Of a stretch of 64,000 bases of DNA, positions 42,201 to 50,214 are shown piece after piece. Position numbers and translations under genes: made by a program. Under the pieces are notes generated by a model. That model was not told where the DNA came from. It saw only the letters and a list, made by a program, of their open reading frames with translations, and did no database searches. The stretch's first letter is position 1, and the number at the start of each line of letters is the position of its first letter. The DNA lies in contig OX597815.1 in the NCBI GenBank assembly GCA_951406725.2, positions 29,388,001 through 29,452,000 on the forward strand, given 5' to 3'. The stretch is from Octopus vulgaris (lineage: Eukaryota).

Positions 42201-43338
42201 ATATATACATATATAAATATATATACAACAGGCTTCTTTCAGTTTCCATCTACCAAATCCACTCACAATGCTTTCATTGGCCTGAGGCTAGAGTAGAAGA
42301 CACTTACCCAAGGTACCATGCAGTGGGACTGAACCAGGAACTATGTCGTGGTAAGCAAGCTACTTACCACACAACCATTCCTGTATAAATTTCTTTGATA
42401 AGTTATTTGGAATAATGTAAAGTTTCTGGACTCTAAGACCTATTGTTTGTGTTTTTACTGTTTTACACAACAGTTTGATTAACCCAAGTTTTTAAAGCTT
42501 GGAAAAGTGGACATATGATAATGTGGATATATAGACTCATTTTTATATTTGTTTTAAAGGAAGTTATGCATTCTATGATCTAAAGGAGGAATATTTAATC
42601 AAATTTCCATAGTAATCTGACCACAAGTAAATATACTATAAGCATTTGAATAAACAAATTCCTTTTTAGGTATTTTCTGCTAAACAATTACACAGCTGAT
42701 CTATTGATTTAAAAATGTTCAATAGGATATTAAGAGTCAATACACCTTTATTCAAATTTGTTGTTCACATTCATGCCACAGGCCACTCTAAGTGACTTTG
42801 TTTAGCTAATCTTTGTTTTAATTTACATAGATACACATGCAATCATGTTTATTATCCTCATTTTAATATAATTGTATAAAACTTGTTTACGCACTTATTT
42901 TATAATTCATATAATTATGAACAAATCTCCCTCATTTTACACAATTTTAATTTTCAAAGTGACTCATGAAAATGATCTACCATGTAAGTTGAGGGACAAC
43001 TTTGTGTGTGTGTGTGTGTAAGTGCATGTGTGCACATGTAAAAAAGCAGGCTGGGAGTACATGGTTAGTGTTCCACATAATACTCAATATAGTTTGGAAA
43101 TAGAAAGGTGGTGAACTGAAAGAATTGTTAGCACACTTGACAAAATGCTAAATAACATTTGTTATATCTTTATGTTCTGAATTCCACTTCTGTCAAGGTT
43201 AACTTTGCCTTTTCATCCTTTCAAACTCAATAAGATAAGTAAGTACCAACTGAAAACTGGGGTTGATGTAATTGATTAGCCCCCCTCTCCCAAAACTGGA
43301 AATAGAAATGACATCAAAAGACTGTTGTATGTTGGAAG

Positions 43339-43396
<58 letters not shown>

Positions 43397-46300
43397 TGAC
43401 TTCGAAGACCCGACAAATGAAGTGAGTTCATGGCTTGCAGGATGGCCTGCTGTGCTAACCTTGGATCGTAGAGTGACCTGCTGTTCTTGATGAGACCTAT
43501 TGAGTCAAGTATGTCAACACCAACATCAAAATAAAAATTCAAATGGAAATTGTAGTTAAGACACCCGTGCCGGTGACATGTAAAAAGCACCGTCCGCACG
43601 TGGCAGATGCCAGCGCCGCCTGACTGGCGTCCGTTTGGTGACACGTAAAAGCACCAACCGATCATGGCCATTTGCCGGCCTGTTCTGACCCCTGTGCCGG
43701 TGGCACATAAAAAACACCCACTACACTCACAGAGTGGTTGGTGTTAGGAAGGGCATCCAGCTGTAGAAACACTGCCAAATCAGACTAGAGCCTGGTGCAG
43801 CCTCCATGGCTTACCAGACCCCGGTTGAACTGTCCAACCCATGCTAGCATGGAAAACGGACGTTAAATGATGACAATATTATATATGTATAAGTTTACAA
43901 GTAAAAACTTGAAAACTGCACAGTGATTTCATTCTTATCAATAAAGCATTTTCCTTCACAATGAAAAGTAAAACAAAAGAAGTGTAATACAGAGATTAGT
44001 TTAAAAGGTTGGAGAAAAATAGTTGATGCTACTTTTATGGTCAGATAGATAACTGAAAATAACATCAAGAGTGTATACTTTGACTTCATCAACTTTAAAG
44101 CTGCTTTCAATATGATTTGAAGAAAGGCTAAGTGGATGATTATGACAGCAATAGGTGCAGAGCCTCAGATGGTGTGAAGTATAAAGACAATGCAACAATA
44201 CTGAATTGACAAGAATAGTCATCTAATGGATTGATTTGGAGCCCACATGGGTCTGAGACAAGGTTGCATTCTATCCTTCAACTTTTTAATATCTTAAAAT
44301 ATTTCATGAGATAACTTAAAAACTTAGATAAAAATTTGGCACTCACTGACATTCTTTCCATTGATATTAGATATGCTGAGAACACAATCCATGATGCTGA
44401 TAAATTGAAAATATCCACTAAACAGGTAGAGAAGCATATAAAAAATAATGTGTAGATATCAAAGGTGTAAAATAAAAGATCATGTTATCTAGTTCATACA
44501 TGATCACATTAAATGATTCTAAAGTAGAACCCATCACAGAATTTGTTCCTTGGCAGGGGAGTGCCAGATGAACAAGAAAACACACACACACACACAAAAA
44601 AAAAATAAAATTAGTCACATAAGCATCACTGGATGACTAAAAAACATAATCTGGAAAAGGCAGGGCATCAGTCAGTGACTTGATATTAGACAATACACCA
44701 TTGTTTCCTCAAATGCAATGTAGATCCAAAATCTGAAGATGTACACATCACTTCTGAGGTAATTAAAAGGAAGATACTGGGATGGTTCAATCATGTACTA
44801 TAAAGGCTACAACGACTACATAGTTTAACTATGTAGAGCTAGCATTCCACTATGACTGCCCAAACCCTGGACCTTATGGCCGACCACCTATGAAGTAAAC
44901 CACTTAGATTTGCAAAGCCACTACTTGCAACAGTAGAAAGAAGAGCATCCATTTGAAGAGGGTGGTCATGGTCCACATGGCAAGAGAAAGCAAGGGTCAA
45001 GAGAAGACGGGCTCTTTAGTATCTTAAGTTACAAGTAACTTCATGGCTAGTGCCATGAAAAATAAAATATCCATAAGTCAGAAAAAAAAGTACACTCTAA
45101 AACATAAATAGAGCAGATATGCCATAACTAATAATATAAATATACAGGGTGTTCAGGCTAAATTTGACAGTTTGCATAAAAGAAAACACAATATCCAATA
45201 AAAAAAAATAATGGTATTTTAAAAAAATCAAAAAATATCAACTAGACTATGGCTGGGAGATTACACAAAGTAGCTCCTCACAGCTTGTACTACAGCCTCA
45301 AAGCAGCTCTGGAACCTGACACATATGTTCCTCATGTTTCTGGGAAGATCTTTGAACACTTCCTTGATCTTGACCATCACCTCAGCTTTGGTGTTGCAAA
45401 CTGAGCAGCTGGTGCATTTCTCAACCATGCCCCACACAAAGTAATCCATTGGATTGCAATCAAAGAAATTAAGAAGCCAGAAATTGAGGTTGGTGAAATC
45501 ACATAAATTTGTCAACAACCACTTCTGACTCTTTCCAGATGTATGATAAGGAGCCAAATCTTGTTGCCATATATATGGTCTTTCAGCAGCAATCCTTTAC
45601 AGTCAGAGATTGACCGCAGTCTTCAGCAGCTTCAGCCTAAGGATCTGTTCAAAGACGTGGGGTTGAATTCTGATGTGCAAATGCAATCAGAATGCCTGCT
45701 GAGTCCCTTCTTGCTGACCATGGCTTTGTAGTCTCTGTTACAGCTGTCCATGTCATGTCTTACAGTCTTTACAGTGTTCACAGAGCATTAAGCAGCAGTC
45801 GTGATCTTGGCATTTTGATACCCAGCACAAATCCTGATACAGGTCACCCTTTTCCAATAGTCAGATGGCTTCTAGTCCTCCATGTCAGTTAACTTTTTCT
45901 CAACTACAACTTTATATGCTCTCCAACTCCTTTGACTTTTTTTCCAATACATCAAGCTGTTCTTGAAAAAAAGGAGACATTAATAGACAGATAGATAATT
46001 AATAAACTCATAGAGTATGTTGTTATATTTGGGGCTGGTCATATTTTTGCCAATTAAACATTTGCACTAGATACTTGGCCTTAACTTCAGCTTTAACATT
46101 ATTCTTATTTTAGTGTCCTTTGTCTTAAATCTTTTGTCACACATCCTGTGACCTCTTTAGTGACTCTCCATCCCATGTGTCTCATCTCATATATCTCCAA
46201 CATATAGTTTTGCATAAAACAGTATGTATAAAACACTGTATGTATAAAACAGTATGTATAAAACAGTATGCATAAAACACTGTAACATGCTATGTTTGTA

Positions 46301-47374
46301 GTATTGTGATATTACAGGATTTCTACTCCAGATTTCACTCTGTAGTTGAAGGTTGTTGTATTACAATTTTAGCCTTTTTCAGTTGTCAAACTGTTGTGAG
46401 AATAAAAATCCTCCAACTAAAGCTTTTGGTAACATGTCATGCCTTCCTTTATATTCAAATGAGATTTTCTTTATTTTAGCTAGAGAAAATTATAAGTATT
46501 CAGATTTGTTCAATTCTATAAACCAAACTAGTAAAATATTTTCCCATTTTTATAGCATAATCATCTATACATATATTTTATCACCCATCCTCTTTTCCTT
46601 CCCTCTTTCAACCCTACTTCTCTCTCATGTCAAAATAATTGATATCATAAAATGTCACATGGAGTATAAAACTCTACTTTCAATTATGCATGGCTTTTGT
46701 TAAATAATATGTATTACATCCATAGTCTATATAATGAAAAATGATCAAATCTAATCTAAGAGGATAAAAGAAGCATCAGCAAGATGTAAGGTAATGAAAG
46801 CATGTGCCAGTTGGACATATCTAACTTATGTCAGCATGACAATACAAAAGAAAAAAATCAAACAATGAAGACAAAACATAAAATTAGATATGAAAATATG
46901 ATGATGATGATGATGATGATGATGTGATACAAAACAATCATAATACAGAAAATTTCTAATCAACAAATCATCATCTAACTAGCTTGACACACTGTCTTCA
47001 AATAATTTTCTTGCTTTCTTTCCTTTTCTTTTCCTCTCCCTCTCATCTTTCCCTTCTTACGTTTACCTGCTCAGCTACTGTTGACCGATTGACCAGCTGT
47101 TGAATATGATAATGTTAAGATATGAACTTGACGACTCTTAAAGATGAATAGCTAATTTTTTCAACTTAACTATTAAGACTTCTCTTCATGATTGTAATAA
47201 TGATAACAATAATGATGATGAAGGATTTTGTTGCTTGACTCTAGGTCAACTACGTATACAGTGTAGGAGATGTATTGTCAAAGGTATTCCAGTCACAACT
47301 GCCCTGTTTTTTTCTTTTTCTGGCATAAGATAGCTACTTGATTCAATATGTCCTTCCATTTTTGAGATGGTATG

Positions 47375-47414
<40 letters not shown>

Positions 47415-49399
47415 CAGCTATTTATAGCATGTCAAGTCACCATGTTGAGGTTCCTTTGCTAGGATGATGAAATAGAGAGTAATGATTGCAGTGGTAGTTA
47501 TATTATATTCATTTTTTCAAACAAGTGAATGTGTTCTCTTATCCACTCCCACAATATACTAATGAATGAACAACAAATATTTAGAAAAGGTTCTTCATGA
47601 AAGATAAAACATTAAACCTAGATATGAAAAAATATGTCCATGATGATGTAAATCCAAACAATGGCATTATTGAAAACATATCAACTTCCAATTAGCTTGA
47701 CACTCCATCTTCAAGTTGCTTCCTTGTTTTCATTTCTTTTCCTTTCTCTCCTTCCCTCCCTTCCTTACTCTCTTTCTTATAACTACTCTTGTTCATAATA
47801 TCAAATTAAATAATCAGAATAGGAAGTCTTCATAAGAAATCAGGAAGCAGGAACTTCATGAAAGGACAAAAAAAACAAAAAAAAACGAGGTCTCTTCGGT
47901 CCTGTTATGCTGACAGCCTATCAGTCTTTCTAATGTTGGTATCATGAGAAAATTTCCACTTTCTGTAAAGTGGTCAGTAACAGGAATGACATCTGGTCAT
48001 AGAAACCAAGCCGGATGATAGCTATAAGGACGTATCAACGAGAGCTGCTAGAGATGTGGGAGCAGCTCCTAACTGGAAATGACTTAGACTGTAATTATCC
48101 ATTCAACTCATGCCAGCATGGAAAGCAGATATTAAATACTGATGACACATATTAACCAATAGAAGCCCAACATGGTATAAGGATAAACAGAGATGTAAGA
48201 TAAACTTATGAGCAAGCATTTTAAGTAAAACATTCTTATCCTCACTGTTCATATGTTTTTTTCTCTGTGTGGTCTAGAAAATAAGATCAACCTCACTAGT
48301 TTTGGTATTTTTACTGCTTCATCAGAAATCAGTTACTCATTTTCTTGACCACAGAGAGAAAAGTGGTTAATTGCTACTTGCAGTATATACAGACTTGGTT
48401 TGCACTCATTTGCAAGTACTATCAACACGATAAATTAATAAAAGTGCTACATGGAGATTTTTTGATAAAAAGTGATGTATGGTAGGTTTGCAGGTGTTTG
48501 TGTATGTGTGTGTGTGTTTGTTTTACTTAAAACACTGTGAAATGTAGACACTAATTAAATCATGTAGTTTTATCTCTAACTGGTTTCAGCATTTTTTATT
48601 GCTTCATCAGAGATTACTAAACACATGCTTGTAAGTTTATATATATATATATATATATATATAAATATTGAAGAATGAAATAAGAGTGCTCAATACATGC
48701 TGTAAAGTGTATGGTTTATTGAAACTGAATATTATTTATCTTGCATCTTGAGTTTCATGCTACAGCAATCTTCAGGTAAAAACTGTTACAATTTAGTTTT
48801 GGTGGTATAGTTATACTTGTTGGTGTGGGAGCAATCTCATGTCACAATTTGTTCATTGGCTTATATCTTGAGTTTACAGATTGGTTGTTATATTTCTTCT
48901 TCTTCATTGGGTATATATTTGAGGCATAGTGTTTATTTTCCTGTGTTTAATGATGGTGCATGCTTTTAATTTGTCTATAATGGCAAAACTTCACAGTTAC
49001 TGTCAACCTTTTCAACACACAGCTATATGGAAAAGATTTACAGTGACTGAACTTTTACCACTGACTGCTTTTATCAGACTGTCTGACAAAGCCAGTATAC
49101 AATGAAACTTTGAAGTCACTATCAACCTTTGCTTTGTGAAAACAAATTTTATATATATATATAATATGAGGGAATATTATTCCAAACTTACAGGGAAAAA
49201 TTCAATTTAGAAATACTAAATCAAATTTCACAAAATATAATATATATATATAAATTTGAAAAAAACCCACCTTTTTAACAATTTAATAATAACAAATTTA
49301 AATTATACCATTTAGAAAAATTACATCGTATAGAAAGATTAAATATAAGATAAAACATATACCAATGATTAAGTAATGTTCACAATAAAATAAATAAAA

Positions 49400-49440
<41 letters not shown>

Positions 49441-49497
49441 TATACACACATGTACAGCCCATGCGAGCATGGAAAAATGAATGTTAAAACAATGATG

Positions 49498-49547
<50 letters not shown>

Positions 49548-49740
49548 TTACTAATTTTCTATCTTAAATTTTCTGCTTGATATTAAGAAATTAACAGCTG
49601 TTTTTATTTAATGTAACAATGAAATTGTTTTGATTTTCTTATTAATTTTGACTAAGAACACATCTTTAAATGCTTATAATGAATTAAATTTGAAAGATAA
49701 GCAGGGTTTTTTTTTGTGGTAATGGTGGCAGGACATTGCA

Positions 49741-49795
<55 letters not shown>

Positions 49796-49972
49796 TAACT
49801 GGACATCATTTCAAGCTGAAAATTTCATGATAATAAAACTATAAACTTGAAATGGGATAATCATTTTCAATTTATCATCTTTACACAAAAGTAAAAATAA
49901 CTTCAACTATCAATAGGACTTGAAAAAGATAATACTTACCCATATAGTGGCCTGAGATTGTTCAATTGTCAT
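11117..49972 (-). CDS. CREBRF: CREBRF/REPTOR-family bZIP transcriptional regulator, 7 coding exons, ~735 aa (join of complement 49940-49972, 26222-27524, 20247-20354, 15339-15729, 15023-15096, 13325-13471, 11117-11268)
   Basis: Spliced translation contains family hallmarks [75 protein letters not shown] and [25 protein letters not shown], matching remembered human CREBRF/Drosophila REPTOR. All junctions GT-AG with phases 0,1,1,2,1,1. First coding exon is the least certain. Confidence 0.93.
11704..12108 (+). mobile_element. SINE family A in the last intron
   Basis: Near-identical reverse complement of 1058-1476. Confidence 0.88.
12636..13087. mobile_element. piggyBac-type MITE (family D) interrupted by a family C SINE (12834-13050)
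   Basis: TTAA flanks; homologous to 21629-21849; SINE flanked by diverged duplication ggatatttgagccaga / gaatattcgggctaga. Confidence 0.75.
13325..13471 (-). CDS. CREBRF: CREBRF zipper/C-terminal exon (147 nt, phase 1-1)
   Basis: atctag|GT CAG TTG ATG ... TTA A|gtaagt; [19 protein letters not shown]...[10 protein letters not shown]. Confidence 0.9.
13688..14259 (-). mobile_element. SINE-like family B with (GAT)n tail and internal GTGCCA repeats
   Basis: Conserved block GAGTGGTTGGCGTTAGGAAGGGCATCCAGCTGTAGAAAC...CATGCTAGCATGGAAAGCGGACGTTAAACGATGATG, present in more than ten copies. Confidence 0.85.
15023..15096 (-). CDS. CREBRF: CREBRF bZIP exon (74 nt)
   Basis: ccacag|G GCT TGT CGC ... CAC C|gtaagt; [25 protein letters not shown]. 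Confidence 0.95.
15339..15729 (-). CDS. CREBRF: CREBRF exon with conserved YFWQYNVQ domain and start of the basic region
   Basis: ttctag|AA TCT ... TCA AG|gtaatg; [26 protein letters not shown]...[10 protein letters not shown]. Confidence 0.95.
15819..16389 (-). mobile_element. SINE family A with an internal fold-back inversion
   Basis: Homologous to 1058-1476; segment 16031-16066 is an inverted copy of 16221-16257. Confidence 0.85.
17415..18075 (-). mobile_element. RTE-clade LINE 3' fragment with C2H2 zinc fingers, disrupted
   Basis: [59 protein letters not shown]; stops and frameshift present. Confidence 0.85.
18117..18347 (-). mobile_element. SINE family C, full length
   Basis: Reverse complement of 63029-63263; core CTTTGCCTTTCATCCTTTC..GGTCGATAAATAAAGTACCAG resembles the Meta-SINE domain (from memory). 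Confidence 0.85.
19150..19501 (-). mobile_element. CR1-clade LINE 3' end
   Basis: LRRLATDL...[38 protein letters not shown], typical CR1 ORF2 C-terminus, followed by an (ATT)n tail. Confidence 0.85.
19648..19816. repeat. 169-nt hairpin, ~80-bp inverted arms (MITE-like)
   Basis: tagataaagatagttaagtccagtctatgg...ccatagactggccttaactgtctttatcta; short loop, one 6-7 nt bulge. Confidence 0.9.
19853..20168 (-). mobile_element. SINE-like family B
   Basis: Same conserved block and (CAT)n on plus strand; ~60-bp internal repeats. Confidence 0.85.
20247..20354 (-). CDS. CREBRF: CREBRF acidic exon (108 nt, phase 1-1)
   Basis: ttttcag|GT TCA ACC ... GAT CCA G|gtaagc; encodes [36 protein letters not shown], the acidic tract expected before YFW. 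Confidence 0.88.
21629..21849. mobile_element. piggyBac-type MITE (family D)
   Basis: TTAA|CCCTTTAG...CTAAAGGG|TTAA termini and target duplication. Confidence 0.88.
23181..24036. mobile_element. Two family B copies in inverted, tail-to-tail orientation (23181-23344 +, 23828-24036 -)
   Basis: Complementary GGAAGGGCATCCAGCTGTAGAAAC blocks about 500 nt apart. Confidence 0.8.
24701..24916. mobile_element. piggyBac-type MITE (family D)
   Basis: TTAA flanks, homologous to 21629-21849. Confidence 0.8.
25474..25859 (+). mobile_element. tRNA-derived SINE (family E), young copy
   Basis: A box TGGCCCAGTGG, B box GGTTTCGATTCCC; 12-bp TSD TGTGTACACTTA at 25462-25473 and 25860-25871; CpGs retained. Confidence 0.88.
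26222..27524 (-). CDS. CREBRF: CREBRF large exon (1303 nt), Ser/Thr/Gln-rich N-terminal region
   Basis: Core of the 543-aa ORF; acceptor ttattacag|CCA, donor ATA A|GTAAGT; contains [17 protein letters not shown] and [14 protein letters not shown]. Confidence 0.92.
28100..28240. mobile_element. Mariner-type MITE
   Basis: TIRs TTAGGTTGTCCCAAAAGTTCGTA / TACGAACTTTTGGGACAACCTTA with TA flanks. Confidence 0.88.
29973..30090. repeat. 39-bp inverted repeat with 40-nt spacer
   Basis: 29973-30011 pairs with 30052-30090 with one mismatch. Confidence 0.9.
30312..30660. other. GC/CpG-rich island of unknown origin
   Basis: Sharp-edged GC-rich segment in an AT-rich intron; GC box gccccgcccgccc at ~30578-30590. 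Confidence 0.6.
30663..30891. mobile_element. TTAA-flanked MITE-like element
   Basis: Ends in ggtaacaaaagggTTAA; left end degenerate. Confidence 0.5.
30943..31160 (-). mobile_element. SINE family C
   Basis: High similarity to 18117-18347. Confidence 0.85.
31823..32506 (-). mobile_element. SINE family A with a family B fragment in its internal microsatellite
   Basis: Family A tail and head flank aagggcatccagccgtagaaac...gatgatgatg (32122-32237). Confidence 0.8.
33435..33478 (-). ncRNA. Minimal type I hammerhead-like motif in a Penelope-like terminal repeat
   Basis: GGGAC-CUUGAAGA-CUGCuuuaauGCAA-GAAA-GUAUAC-UA-GUCCC: 5-bp stem I, palindromic stem III (AGUAUACU), variant core with extra U. 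Confidence 0.55.
33886..34800. repeat. Tandem array of ~151-bp units, about 6 copies (plus a partial unit at 35021-35137)
   Basis: Unit caccaccattataggtgtctactctttgaacccccc...tatttctgcacccccc repeats almost exactly, differing mainly in homopolymer length. Confidence 0.95.
34795..37014. repeat. Local ~700-bp direct duplication (34795-35511 vs ~36350-37014), each copy ending in a family B SINE
   Basis: Shared unique text aaactgaaatatttgtgttattgggaac and agaatgaatcaagtacactctg, same SINE truncation point. Confidence 0.9.
35528..35950 (-). mobile_element. Penelope-like element, GIY-YIG endonuclease C-terminal fragment
   Basis: CGSCQSI...[35 protein letters not shown]...[16 protein letters not shown] fits the PLE GIY-YIG domain with Cys motif. 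Confidence 0.88.
37230..38770 (+). mobile_element. Highly degenerate RTE-clade LINE (reverse transcriptase remnants)
   Basis: Remnants of GVHQGSVLSPLLF (~37551), FxYLGD (~37995), LYxSExWAV (~38161), WYGHVM (~38579), many stops. Confidence 0.7.
40068..40314 (+). mobile_element. SINE-like family B
   Basis: Conserved block and (GAT)n tail. Confidence 0.85.
41828..42384 (-). mobile_element. SINE family A with nested family B fragment (42046-42190)
   Basis: Family A halves flank a catcatcat...gatgcccttcctaatg segment. Confidence 0.8.
43394..43873 (+). mobile_element. Long family B copy (preceded by degenerate family C at ~43106-43290)
   Basis: Internal gtgccggtg repeats, conserved 3' block. Confidence 0.8.
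45145..45800 (-). mobile_element. Tc1/mariner transposase pseudogene fragment with terminal repeat
   Basis: TA|CAGGGTGTTC terminus; [13 protein letters not shown]...FW...[14 protein letters not shown]...FEAVVQA fits the decayed WPPNSPDLNPLDYFVWG motif; inner boundary approximate. Confidence 0.82.
46215..46284. repeat. Short 16-18 bp minisatellite (taaaacagtatgta-like), 4-5 copies
   Basis: Directly visible tandem units. Confidence 0.8.
48572..48614 (-). ncRNA. Minimal type I hammerhead-like motif
   Basis: AUCU-CUGAUGA-AGCA-auaaaaaa-UGCU-GAAAC-ca-GUU-AGAGAU: intact core, 4-bp stem II, minimal stem III, short stem I. Confidence 0.55.
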
Positions 49973-50133
49973 TGGCAGGGTTCTTGACCTCTGCTGCTGT
50001 GGGATTCCTTCTTTTGCATTCAGCTCAGGGAAGAGGTCTCCGGTGTGGTTTCCCAGGTTTATTGTTTGGCACAAAAATGGAGTTTATAAGGGAATAATAA
50101 ATTGATGTATATTTATGTTTTTTTTTTATTAGT
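49940..50133 (-). CDS. CREBRF: CREBRF first coding exon (5' leader plus [11 protein letters not shown]; AUG at 49972)
   Basis: Polypyrimidine acceptor ttttttttcag at 50134-50136, donor TGG|GTAAGT at 49939, phase 0 joins in frame to CCA ACC AAC of the next exon; in-frame TAA upstream in the same exon. Confidence 0.7.
49969..50019 (-). promoter_or_regulatory. Out-of-frame uORF ([16 protein letters not shown]) whose stop overlaps the main start (AUGA)
   Basis: ATG at 50019-50017, TGA at 49971-49969, main ATG at 49972-49970. Confidence 0.6.
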
Positions 50134-50179
50134 CTGAAAAAAAACAAAAAAAAACATAATAAATAATAGTCTTCAACAC

Positions 50180-50214
<35 letters not shown>

